This document shows positions 25,158-34,238 of a stretch of 52,983 nucleotides of DNA, piece after piece. The DNA is from Candidatus Eiseniibacteriota bacterium (GTDB lineage: Bacteria; Eisenbacteria; RBG-16-71-46; SZUA-252): NCBI GenBank assembly GCA_031397435.1, contig JANNMC010000404.1, forward strand, positions 1 to 52,983. Direction: 5' to 3'. Below the pieces are notes generated by a model. It had not been told where the DNA came from, did not search any database, and worked only from the letters and a program-made list of their open reading frames with translations. The position numbers and the translations under genes were made by a program. Positions within the stretch are counted from its first letter, which is position 1. Each line of letters begins with the position of its first letter.

Positions 25158-27083
25158 ATGTGCGGAATTGCCGGCATTCTGGACACTCGCGATCTCCGCC
25201 GCCACGATCATGCCATCCTCGAGCGAATGAGCGAGAGCCTCCACCACCGCGGACCGGACGCGTTCGGCTTTCACGAGGAGCCGGGCGTCGGGTTGGTCCA
25301 TCGCCGACTCTCCATTATCGATCTCTCCGGCGGGCAGCAGCCGCTCTATAACGAGAACGGGCGCATCGTCGTCGTTTACAACGGCGAGATCTACAACTTC
25401 CCGGAGTTGATCGACGAACTGACGGCGCTGGGCCACGTCTTCAAGACCCGGTGCGACACCGAGGTCGTAGTGCACGCCTGGGAGTCGTGGGGAGAACGGT
25501 GCGTCGATCGGTTCCGTGGAATGTTCGCGTTCGCCCTTTGGGACATGGACCGCCGGACACTCTTTCTCGCGCGAGACCGTCTTGGCGTGAAGCCGCTCTA
25601 CTACGCTTCGCTCCCTGACGGGACTTTCCTCTTCGGTTCGGAACTGAAGGCGATTCTCTGTCATCCGGGCGTCGCGCCCGACCTGGATCCCTGCGCCGTG
25701 GAGGAGTACTTCGCCTACGGCTACATCCCGGAGCCGCGCACGATCCTCCGGCAGGTCCGAAAGCTCCCACCGGCCCACACGCTGACCATTCGGCATGGCG
25801 ATCCCGTCCCGGAGCCGCACGAGTTCTGGGACGTCTCGTTCAGTTCGACCGTCCAGGGCTCGGAGCAGGCCGTCGGCGAGGAGTTGATCGAACGGCTCCG
25901 CGAGGCGGTGCGGATACGGCTCGTCTCCGAGGTCCCGCTCGGCGCTTTCCTCTCCGGGGGTGTCGACTCGAGCGCGGTCGTGGCACTCATGGCCGGACTA
26001 TCTCCAGATCCGGTCAACACCTGCACCATGGCCTTCGGGGAGCGCGGCTTCGACGAATCGGACTTCGCGCAGGATGTGGCCCGGCGATACGCGACGAGTC
26101 ATCAAGTCGAGCGAGTGAGTTCCGACAGCTTCGACCTCGTCTCCCGGCTGGCTGATCTCTACGATGAGCCGTTCGCCGACAGTTCCGCGATTCCGACGTA
26201 CCGCGTTTGCGGCCTGGCCCGGAAGCGCGTCGTGGTCGCCCTCTCCGGGGACGGCGGCGACGAGAATCTGGCCGGCTATCGCCGTTACCGCTGGCACCTC
26301 TACGAGGACAGACTTCGGCGCATGCTCCCCGCATCGATCCGCCAGCCGCTCTTCGGCCTCATGGGCAGGGTCTATCCCAAGGCCGACTGGGCGCCGCGCT
26401 TCCTGCGCGCGAAGACCACCTTCCAGGGGATCGCACGTGACTCGGTCGATGGATATTTCCACAGCGTCTCGCTCTTCGGCACACAGCAACGCCGCGAACT
26501 CTTCAGCGACTCGTTCCGTCGGGGGCTGCAGGGATACAACGCGGTCGAAGTGCTCCGTCGGCACGCTCGCCGGGCCCCGGTCGAGGATTCCCTTTCGATG
26601 GTCCAGTATCTCGACCTGAAGACGTACCTTCCCGGCGACATCTTGACCAAGGTCGACCGCGCGAGCATGGCGCATTCGCTGGAGGTCCGCGTCCCGCTGC
26701 TGGATCACCCGCTGGTGGAGTGGATGGCGAAGCTTCCGCCGTCCCTGAAACTGCGCGGAAACGAGGGCAAGTACGTCTTCAAGCGCGCCTTGGAACCGTA
26801 TCTTCCCGCGGACATTCTCTATCGGCCGAAGATGGGATTCTCGGTTCCCCTGACGTCGTGGTTTCGCGGTCCGTTGCGGGACCGCATGCGGGAGGCGGTT
26901 CTCGGCCCCTCGATGCGCGAACTCGGAATCTTCAACTTCACCACCATCGAACGGATGGTCGACCATCACCAGGCGGGGCGGCGCGATTACAGTGCGCCGC
27001 TCTGGTCGCTCCTGATGTTCGAGTCGAGCCTGAAGCGGCTCCGCGGGTTGCGCCCGCGCGTCGACAACGCCGTTCAGGTCTGA
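25158..27083 (+). CDS. asnB: asparagine synthase (glutamine-hydrolysing) family; XrtA/PEP-CTERM system amidotransferase type
   Basis: 641 aa. Canonical MCGIAG N-terminal nucleophile, HRGPD, HRRLSIIDL, and PP-loop FLSGGVDSSAV. Confidence 0.92.
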   Translation: MCGIAGILDTRDLRRHDHAILERMSESLHHRGPDAFGFHEEPGVGLVHRRLSIIDLSGGQQPLYNENGRIVVVYNGEIYNFPELIDELTALGHVFKTRCDTEVVVHAWESWGERCVDRFRGMFAFALWDMDRRTLFLARDRLGVKPLYYASLPDGTFLFGSELKAILCHPGVAPDLDPCAVEEYFAYGYIPEPRTILRQVRKLPPAHTLTIRHGDPVPEPHEFWDVSFSSTVQGSEQAVGEELIERLREAVRIRLVSEVPLGAFLSGGVDSSAVVALMAGLSPDPVNTCTMAFGERGFDESDFAQDVARRYATSHQVERVSSDSFDLVSRLADLYDEPFADSSAIPTYRVCGLARKRVVVALSGDGGDENLAGYRRYRWHLYEDRLRRMLPASIRQPLFGLMGRVYPKADWAPRFLRAKTTFQGIARDSVDGYFHSVSLFGTQQRRELFSDSFRRGLQGYNAVEVLRRHARRAPVEDSLSMVQYLDLKTYLPGDILTKVDRASMAHSLEVRVPLLDHPLVEWMAKLPPSLKLRGNEGKYVFKRALEPYLPADILYRPKMGFSVPLTSWFRGPLRDRMREAVLGPSMRELGIFNFTTIERMVDHHQAGRRDYSAPLWSLLMFESSLKRLRGLRPRVDNAVQV

Positions 27084-27085
27084 GC

Positions 27086-28297
27086 GTGCGCATCCTCCAC
27101 GTTCTCGACCACTCCGTGCCGCTCCACAGCGGCTATACATTCCGCACGCTCGCCATCCTCCGCGAGCAGCGTAAGCTCGGCTGGGAAACGATTCATCTCA
27201 CGAGCCCGAAGCAGGGCCCATCCCCCGAGGAGCGGGAGCAAGTAGACGATCTCCTCTTTCATCGCACGCGCCCTCGCACCGGGCGTGCCCTCGACCTTCC
27301 GATCGTGCGGGAGTTGGTCCAGATGCGGGACGTGGAGCGGCGCCTCTACGCCCTGGCGCGGGAGACGCGGCCGGACATCCTGCACGCCCACTCCCCGGTA
27401 CTGAATGCCCTGCCGGCCTTGAACGTGGGGCGGCGCTTGGCTATTCCGGTCGTCTACGAGGTTCGCGCGTTCTGGGAAGACGCGGCGGTCGATCATGGAA
27501 CCACGGGCGCGTGGGGCCCGCGTTATCGGCTCACGCGCGCCCTCGAGACCAGCGCGCTCCGGCGCGCCGCCGCGGTCACGACGATCTGCGAGGGACTGCG
27601 CGGAGACATCGTCGCGCGCGGGATTCCGGCCGACCGCGTCACGGTCATTCCGAACGCGGTCGACCTGCTGAGATTCGCGGGGTCGCATGCCCCCGATCCG
27701 GAACTGGCGAGGTCGCTGGGCCACGACGGCGGCCCGGTCCTCGGATTCATCGGATCGTTCTATCACTACGAAGGTCTCGAGATCCTGATTCGGGCGCTGC
27801 CCGCCATTGTTGCCCAGACGCCAAACGTTCGAGTCCTTCTGGCGGGTGGCGGTCCGGAAGACGCCAGGCTTCGCGCCCTTGCCGCCGCGACACCGCAGGG
27901 CGACCGAATCCGATTCGTGGGTCGCATTCCCCATGCCGACATTGACCGCTACTACGACTTGATCGACGTGTTCGTCTATCCGCGCCTTCCGACCCGCTTG
28001 ACCGAGCTGGTCACACCGCTCAAGCCACTGGAGGCCATGGCCCAGGGACGGTTGGTGGTGGCCTCCGACGTCGGCGGGCATCGCGAACTGCTTCGCGATG
28101 GAACGACGGGCACCCTCTTTCGCGCGGGCGATCCGGCCGCGTTGGCCGACGCGGTCGTCCGCTTGCTTCGATCTCCGGAGACCCACCCGTCGCTCCGGCG
28201 CGAAGCTCGCGCGTTCGTGGAGCGCGAGCGCTCGTGGCCGACGGTCGTCAGCCGATACCGGCAGGTCTACGCGGCAGCGCAAGCGCCTCGGCCCTGA
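27086..28297 (+). CDS. PEP-CTERM/exosortase A-associated glycosyltransferase (GT4)
   Basis: GTG 27086 lies 2 nt after the asnB stop. The N-terminus VRILHVLDHSVPLHSGYTFRTLAILREQRKLGW is characteristic of the exosortase-A-associated GT family as I recall it. GT-B C-terminal half (EPLKPLEAMAQGRLVVASDVGGHRE). The track N-terminus (26720-27085) is out of context and overlaps asnB. Confidence 0.86.
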   Translation: MRILHVLDHSVPLHSGYTFRTLAILREQRKLGWETIHLTSPKQGPSPEEREQVDDLLFHRTRPRTGRALDLPIVRELVQMRDVERRLYALARETRPDILHAHSPVLNALPALNVGRRLAIPVVYEVRAFWEDAAVDHGTTGAWGPRYRLTRALETSALRRAAAVTTICEGLRGDIVARGIPADRVTVIPNAVDLLRFAGSHAPDPELARSLGHDGGPVLGFIGSFYHYEGLEILIRALPAIVAQTPNVRVLLAGGGPEDARLRALAAATPQGDRIRFVGRIPHADIDRYYDLIDVFVYPRLPTRLTELVTPLKPLEAMAQGRLVVASDVGGHRELLRDGTTGTLFRAGDPAALADAVVRLLRSPETHPSLRREARAFVERERSWPTVVSRYRQVYAAAQAPRP

Positions 28298-29406
28298 TGC
28301 CCGGATTCGTCGGACTCCGCGTGCTGCTGGTCGGGCCCGTTCCGCCGCCCGACGGCGGTATGGCCAACCAGACCGCGCAGCTCGCCAGACTCCTCCGGCA
28401 GGAGGGCGCGGTGGTGGAATTGGTGGCGGTGAATGCCCCTTATCGGCCGCGCTGGGCGGGACAGCTTCGCGGCATCCGCGCGCTCTTTCGGCTGATCCCC
28501 TTCCTCTTCGCCATGTGGCGCGCGGCGGGACGTGCCGACCTCATCCACGTCATGGCGAACTCTGGATGGTCGTGGCATCTGGGGGCGGCTCCCGCTGTCT
28601 GGATCGCGTCGTGGCGACGCCTCCCCGTCGTGCTCAATTATCGTGGGGGAGGAGCGGCCGAGTTCTTCCGGGCCGCACGCATCTGGGTGAGGCCGACGCT
28701 CGCGCGTTGCTCCGCGATCATCGTCCCTTCGCCGTTTCTTCAGCGCGTCTTCGGCGCCTTTGGATTCGAGGCGGAGATCGTTCCCAATGTCGTCGACCTC
28801 GATCGATTCGCGCCGGCAGCGCCTTCGCGCGGAGATATCGCTGCGGCCCGGCCGCCGCATCTCTTCGTGGCGCGGCATCTCGAGTCGATCTACGGGAACG
28901 ATACGGCGCTCCGCGCGTTTCGCGTCGTCCGCGAGCGCTTCCCCGGCGCCACGATGTCGATCGCGGGTTCCGGCGCGGAGCGCGCCTCGCTCGAGGCGCT
29001 GGCGGATGAACTTGGTCTTCGGGACTCGGTCGACTTCACGGGACGCATCGAGAACGCGCAGATGGCCGCGCTCTACGGACGTGCGGATCTGGTGCTGAAT
29101 CCAAGCCTCGTCGACAACACACCGAACTCGATCCTGGAAGCGCTGGCAAGCGGGGTTCCGGTGGTGAGCACGAATGTCGGAGGGATTCCGGACCTGGTCG
29201 AGGAAGGGGTCACGGCGGCGCTCGTCGACCCGCGAGATCACGGGGCCATGGCCCGCGCGGCGATCGAACTACTCTCGAATCCGGAACGGCGACGAGCCCA
29301 GGTCGCCGCGGGCCTCGAGCATGCCTCCCGCTTCAGTTGGAGTCGGGTGCGCGAGACCTTGGTGGCGGTCTACGGACGTGTCAGCGGCTCGAACACGCGG
29401 GGTTGA
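28297..29406 (+). CDS. glycosyltransferase family 4
   Basis: ATG 28297 overlaps the previous TGA by one base (TGATG). Sequence starts MPGFVGLRVLLVGPVPPPDGGMANQT..., with C-terminal NSILEALASGVPVVSTNVGGIPDLV. Confidence 0.85.
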   Translation: MPGFVGLRVLLVGPVPPPDGGMANQTAQLARLLRQEGAVVELVAVNAPYRPRWAGQLRGIRALFRLIPFLFAMWRAAGRADLIHVMANSGWSWHLGAAPAVWIASWRRLPVVLNYRGGGAAEFFRAARIWVRPTLARCSAIIVPSPFLQRVFGAFGFEAEIVPNVVDLDRFAPAAPSRGDIAAARPPHLFVARHLESIYGNDTALRAFRVVRERFPGATMSIAGSGAERASLEALADELGLRDSVDFTGRIENAQMAALYGRADLVLNPSLVDNTPNSILEALASGVPVVSTNVGGIPDLVEEGVTAALVDPRDHGAMARAAIELLSNPERRRAQVAAGLEHASRFSWSRVRETLVAVYGRVSGSNTRG

Positions 29407-29490
29407 TTCGGAAATTTCAGGGGCGCCTCGTCGCCAGCGCCCGAATGCCTCGGTGGATTAAGCCGGGTCCACCTGTTACCCTGCGGGCTC

Positions 29491-30738
29491 ATGACCCCCG
29501 ATCGCCCCACGAGCAGCCGACCCGGTGGCCCTGTCGACGTCGCCATCGTCGGGGGCGGCATCGTCGGCCTTGCTACATCCCGTGAAATCTTGCGTAGAGC
29601 GCCTGGTTCCCGCGTGGTGCTGCTGGAGAAGGAAACGGCAATTGCCCAGCACCAGACGGGTCACAACAGCGGCGTGATCCACACCGGGGTCTACTACCGC
29701 CCCGGAAGTCTCAAGGCCCGCCTCTGCGTCGAAGGGCGAGTTGAGCTGCTTCAGTTCTGCGAGGCGAATGGCATCCCCTACTCGATCACCGGGAAGCTGA
29801 TTGTCGCGGTGGAGGAGTCGGAGCTTCCGAGGCTGAAGGAACTCCATGCTCGAGGAATCGCCAACGGTGTGGAAGGGCTCGATCTCCTCTCCGGATCCGC
29901 CCTCCGAGAGCGGGAGCCGCATGCAGCGGGAATCGCCGCGCTCTGGGTGCCGGGCGCCGGCATTGTTGATTATGCCGCGGTGGCTGGTGCCATCGCCCGC
30001 GAGGCCAAGGCCTTCGGCGCTGAAGTTCTCGTATCACACGAGGTACGTTCCATACGCCGCGAGGGGGATGAAATTCGCATCCACTGGAGAGGCGGATCGC
30101 TCGTGGCAAAGCGCCTCATCGCGTGCGCCGGACTGCAGTGCGATCGGGTCGCGTCTCAGTCGGGCCCTGTTTCCGAGCTCAGGATTATTCCCTTCCGCGG
30201 GGATTACTACCGGCTCCGCCCGGAGGCGCGATCGCTGATCCGCTCGATGATCTATCCCGTACCCGACCCTCGCTACCCGTTCCTCGGCGTGCATTTCACG
30301 CCGCGCGTGAACGGCGAGGTATGGGCGGGTCCCAATGCGGTGCTCTCCCTGGCGCGGGAAGGCTACGGCCGCACGGCCTTCTCGTTCCGGGACGCGCTGG
30401 ATATCTTCGCGTGGCCGGGGCTCTGGCAAATCATGCGGCGCCACTGGCGCGCGGGCGTGGCGGAACTGTGGCGCGACTGGGTGAAGGAGGTTTACACCCG
30501 CGACCTGGCCCGCTACGTGCCGGAGATCCGCTCCACCGATCTTCTGGCCGGACCTTCTGGGATTCGCGCGCAGGCCGTCGCGAGAGACGGCAGCTTCATC
30601 GAGGATTTCGCGATCAAGTCCGAGGGCGCCCAGTTCCACGTGATGAACGCGCCCTCCCCGGCGGCGACGTCGTCGTTCGCCATCGCACGCGAGATCGCGG
30701 ATCGCGCGGGATTTCCCCTTGCCAGGTCGCCGTCGTGA
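29491..30738 (+). CDS. lhgO: L-2-hydroxyglutarate oxidase-like FAD-dependent oxidoreductase
   Basis: 415 aa. VDVAIVGGGIVGLATS (FAD fold) and LLEKETAIAQHQTGHNSGVIHTGVYYRPGSLKARLCVEG align closely with my memory of E. coli LhgO (YgaF). Confidence 0.85.
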   Translation: MTPDRPTSSRPGGPVDVAIVGGGIVGLATSREILRRAPGSRVVLLEKETAIAQHQTGHNSGVIHTGVYYRPGSLKARLCVEGRVELLQFCEANGIPYSITGKLIVAVEESELPRLKELHARGIANGVEGLDLLSGSALREREPHAAGIAALWVPGAGIVDYAAVAGAIAREAKAFGAEVLVSHEVRSIRREGDEIRIHWRGGSLVAKRLIACAGLQCDRVASQSGPVSELRIIPFRGDYYRLRPEARSLIRSMIYPVPDPRYPFLGVHFTPRVNGEVWAGPNAVLSLAREGYGRTAFSFRDALDIFAWPGLWQIMRRHWRAGVAELWRDWVKEVYTRDLARYVPEIRSTDLLAGPSGIRAQAVARDGSFIEDFAIKSEGAQFHVMNAPSPAATSSFAIAREIADRAGFPLARSPS

Positions 30739-31631
30739 GTGGTCGTTCCGCTCCCCTGATCGGCATCGGGCTCCCCATCTTCAATGGAGAGACTCACGTT
30801 GCGGTCTCGATCGAGTCTCTTCTGGCGCAGACCGTCGAGGATATCGAGATCGTTATCTCCGACAATCACTCGACCGACGCGACCGAGCAGATCTGCCGCG
30901 ATTTCGCCGCGCGTGATCCCCGCATTCGCTATGTCCGCCACGCGGAGAACCGGGGCGTGGCCTGGAATTTCAATCAGGCCTTTCATCTATCGCGGGGCCG
31001 CTATTTCAAGTGGGCCTCCTCCAACGACATTCACGAGCCTCAGTACATTCGCCGGTGCCTGGAAGTCATGGAGTCCGATGCGGGCGCCGTGCTCGCTTAC
31101 CCGAAGACGAGCATCATCGATGAACATGGCGCCGTGACCGGAACCTACGAGGACAAGTTGAACCTTTGGTGGCCGCAGGCGCCCCGCCGGTTCCGGGAGT
31201 ACCTCCGTCGCGTCGGCCTCTGCAATGCCTTGTACGGGCTGATGCGACCCGAGATCCTGCGCCGGACCGCGTTGCTCGGCGACTACCCTGGGTCCGATAT
31301 GATCTTCCTGGGCGAGTTGAGTTTCCACGGAACGTTCGCGGAGGTGCCGGAGTTCCTGTTCCGCCGCCGCTACGATCCGCAGAGCGCGATCCGAAACGCG
31401 ACACTCGAAAACTGGCAGCAGTTCTTTGCCCCGGCCACGCGGGGAAAGCTCGTGATGCGCACCTGGCGGCACCAATTCGAGTATCTCAAGGCCGACCTCC
31501 GCTCCCCGCTCTCCCCTTTTGACAAGGCCCGTGTCGGGGGGATCATCGCCAGGAATTTCGTCTCCGTTCGCGGCGCCGTCCTGCGCGAACTGGTCGGGGC
31601 GGCCCGAGCCAGGGCCTCTCGGGGGCGATGA
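30735..31631 (+). CDS. glycosyltransferase family 2
   Basis: The GTG start overlaps the lhgO stop (GTGA). Sequence IGIGLPIFNGETHVAVSIESLLAQTVEDIEIVISDNHSTDATEQI is GT-A, DxD-type. The track ORF start (30123) lies out of frame inside lhgO. Confidence 0.85.
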   Translation: MSGRSAPLIGIGLPIFNGETHVAVSIESLLAQTVEDIEIVISDNHSTDATEQICRDFAARDPRIRYVRHAENRGVAWNFNQAFHLSRGRYFKWASSNDIHEPQYIRRCLEVMESDAGAVLAYPKTSIIDEHGAVTGTYEDKLNLWWPQAPRRFREYLRRVGLCNALYGLMRPEILRRTALLGDYPGSDMIFLGELSFHGTFAEVPEFLFRRRYDPQSAIRNATLENWQQFFAPATRGKLVMRTWRHQFEYLKADLRSPLSPFDKARVGGIIARNFVSVRGAVLRELVGAARARASRGR

Positions 31632-33031
31632 AGTCCCCTCGGCGAGTCGGGATCCTCGGGCACGTTGGAAACGGGAATCTCGGCGACGAGGCGATCATCG
31701 ACGCGCTCCTCCAGGGAGTCCGCGGGGTCATCCCCGAATCGGAATTCATCGCGCTCACGATTCGCCCGGCCGACACCGAGGCGCGCCATCGGATCCCCTC
31801 GTATCCCCTGAGGCGAGGGCTGGCGACAGCCCACACCGCGCCACCCGCGGTCGTTCCCGCGCCAGCCGCTTCCTCGGGCGTTCGCTCCCGGCTCCGCCGA
31901 GTCCCCGGGCTTGGGGATCTCCTGGCGGCAGGCGCCGCCGCGCTTCCCTGGCTTCGCGACATGGCGGGAGAGGCCGCCTTCTGGGGCCTACGCTATCGGT
32001 TGATGCGCCGCGTCGACCTCTTGATCGTCGCCGGCTCCAATCAGCTCTCCGACTACTACGGAGGTCCGTGGGGTTTTCCCTACACGCTCTGGGCCTGGTC
32101 GGCCGCGGCTCGCCTCGCAGGAGCGCGCGTCGCCTTTCTGAGCGTTGGCGCCGGCCCGATCCGGGCGCGATCGAGCGGGCTCCTGATCCGAATGGCCCTT
32201 GCGCTCTCCTGGTACCGTTCCTATCGGGACGCGGGATCGCGCGATGCGATCGCGGCGGTCGGAGTGCCGGGTCCCTACGTCATCGCACCCGACCTGGCGC
32301 ACGGATTGCGCCCCGCGGCTCCTCGAGGCGCGGCCGCCACGTCGGAGGGAGCGAGGCTCATCGTGATCAATCCTCTCCCCTACTTCGATCCGCGCTCCTG
32401 GGCGGAGCGCGATGCGGCGGTCTACCAGCGATACGTCGACACCATGGCGGAGTTCGCGGTGACGCTTCGGGCACGAGGGTATCGCGTTCGCTTCGTGCCG
32501 ACGCAACTTCGCGCCGATCCGCTTGTCATCGCCGACATTCTTTTCGCGATGGAACGAAAGTCCGGAACAGCCGAGGGACTGACGTCACTCGCCGCCGTCG
32601 TCTCCAACTTCGAGGATCTGGTCGCGCAGCTCTCGGCGGCGGACTTCGTGGTCGCTGCCCGTTTTCATGGCGTGCTCATCTCCCAGATTCTCGGCAAGCC
32701 AACCATCGGCATCGTCTACCGTCGTTCCACGCGCGACCTTATGGTCGACGTGGGCCAGGGCGCGTATGCCATCGACATCGAGGGAATGACATCGGAGGAA
32801 CTCCTGGAGCGGCTTTCGGCCCTGGAGGGAGATACCCATGCGGGGGAGCGCATCCAGCGGCGCCTGGAGGGGTACCGGAGGGAGCTGGAAGCGCAGTACG
32901 CGACCCTGATCAGGCAGGGCGAATCCCAAGGCGCTCGTAGAGCCACGTCTCGCCGCGGAAGTGTCGGTATTGCTCGGCTCGCAGGCGATCCGCCAGACGG
33001 CCCTCAGGCAGGTCCACGTCATCGTAGGTAA
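31628..33031 (+). CDS. polysaccharide pyruvyl transferase family protein
   Basis: The ATG overlaps the GT2 stop (ATGA). Motifs GILGHVGNGNLGDEAI, LLIVAGSNQLSDYYGGPWGFP and AARFHGVLISQILGKPTIGI are typical of CsaB/WcaK-type pyruvyl transferases. The C-terminal ~40 codons overlap the convergent gene. Confidence 0.8.
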   Translation: MKSPRRVGILGHVGNGNLGDEAIIDALLQGVRGVIPESEFIALTIRPADTEARHRIPSYPLRRGLATAHTAPPAVVPAPAASSGVRSRLRRVPGLGDLLAAGAAALPWLRDMAGEAAFWGLRYRLMRRVDLLIVAGSNQLSDYYGGPWGFPYTLWAWSAAARLAGARVAFLSVGAGPIRARSSGLLIRMALALSWYRSYRDAGSRDAIAAVGVPGPYVIAPDLAHGLRPAAPRGAAATSEGARLIVINPLPYFDPRSWAERDAAVYQRYVDTMAEFAVTLRARGYRVRFVPTQLRADPLVIADILFAMERKSGTAEGLTSLAAVVSNFEDLVAQLSAADFVVAARFHGVLISQILGKPTIGIVYRRSTRDLMVDVGQGAYAIDIEGMTSEELLERLSALEGDTHAGERIQRRLEGYRRELEAQYATLIRQGESQGARRATSRRGSVGIARLAGDPPDGPQAGPRHRR

Positions 33032-34238
33032 GGACCTCGTCTCGGGCGAGATCGCGCCGCAGCCGGCAGCCCTCCACGAGCCCTTCCGGAAGGTAGCGCC
33101 CTCGGCTCATCTCTTCCGCGTTCACGGCCTCGCCGTACGTCATGTACATCCCGTAGGCGTCGAGCGTCTCCCCCGCCTTCAGGTCCTGTTTGGCCAACGC
33201 GCAGACCTCGACCACGGGACCCGCTAACGAGGGTGCCACGTCGTCCTGGAAGAGCACCACGCGGGCGATCGCGCTGGGAGTCTCGAAGTGAACGAGATGA
33301 TAGGGGATCCAGAAGGGATAGAGCGGGCCCTCCCCCATCTTGTAGAGGTTCAGATAATGCTGCTGCTTCGGATCCGGGTGCTCGGCCAGACAGAGCACCT
33401 TGACCAGCGGGAGTCCCACGACGTAGTCGACGATGCCGCCCAGCGCGCGCAGCTCCTCCACGTCATACTGCTTTCCGATGTCCATGACGGAGCCTTCGAA
33501 CTTGAGTCCACGCGACATCCCGCGAGCGCGGACCTTGAAACCGGTGGCGTTCGCCACGATCGCCTGCTCGAAGCTGATCTTCGAACCGTCAGCGAAGGAC
33601 GTCACCATCGCGGCATTCTGCGCCCAGCGCTCGGCCCACGCCTGCTGCGTCGTCGGATTTCGGTAGGGATCCTGTAGCCCCTTCACGTTCACCATCGCAC
33701 GCGGTGTGAGACCAAGTCCCTTCACCCAGCGGTAGAGGTTCATCTGAACGCCAGGCTCATCTCCGTCACAGGCGGAGAGAATGACTCCGTGCTGGCGTGC
33801 GTGGACGCGAAGGATCGGGCCGATGGTCGCGTCGACCTCCGCATTCATCAGGACGACCGATTTGCCGTGCCGGAACGCCTCGAGGATCACCTGGGCCCCG
33901 AAATCCACGGACCCGGTGACATCGACCAGGACGTCGATCTCGGGAGAGCGGCAGATCGTGAAGGGATCTTCGGCCACGGCGGGAACTCCGCGCCGAACGG
34001 CGTCATCGAGAGCCGCCTGCGTCCCCGCCATGACGACATCGGCGCAGCCGGAATACGTGTAGACTCCCACGGCCCGCTCGGGCTTTCGGTTGTAGATCGC
34101 GGCCATGCGCATGCCGGGCACGCTGTTCACGATTTGATTCGTGAGGCCCTGCCCCATGAATCCGGCGCCGATCATTCCCACGCGGATCGGCTTCCCCTGT
34201 TCCTCGCGCGCACGAAGCGCGGTATCGACGAGGATCAT
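32910..34238 (-). CDS. NAD(P)-dependent oxidoreductase with C-terminal SAF domain (homoserine-dehydrogenase-like)
   Basis: 442 aa. Rossmann N-terminus IRVGMIGAGFMGQGL; C-terminal SAF-like segment LAKQDLKAGETLD...LRRDLARDEVLTYDDV. It sits in a sugar-nucleotide modification context. Confidence 0.65.
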   Translation of the reverse strand: MILVDTALRAREEQGKPIRVGMIGAGFMGQGLTNQIVNSVPGMRMAAIYNRKPERAVGVYTYSGCADVVMAGTQAALDDAVRRGVPAVAEDPFTICRSPEIDVLVDVTGSVDFGAQVILEAFRHGKSVVLMNAEVDATIGPILRVHARQHGVILSACDGDEPGVQMNLYRWVKGLGLTPRAMVNVKGLQDPYRNPTTQQAWAERWAQNAAMVTSFADGSKISFEQAIVANATGFKVRARGMSRGLKFEGSVMDIGKQYDVEELRALGGIVDYVVGLPLVKVLCLAEHPDPKQQHYLNLYKMGEGPLYPFWIPYHLVHFETPSAIARVVLFQDDVAPSLAGPVVEVCALAKQDLKAGETLDAYGMYMTYGEAVNAEEMSRGRYLPEGLVEGCRLRRDLARDEVLTYDDVDLPEGRLADRLRAEQYRHFRGETWLYERLGIRPA

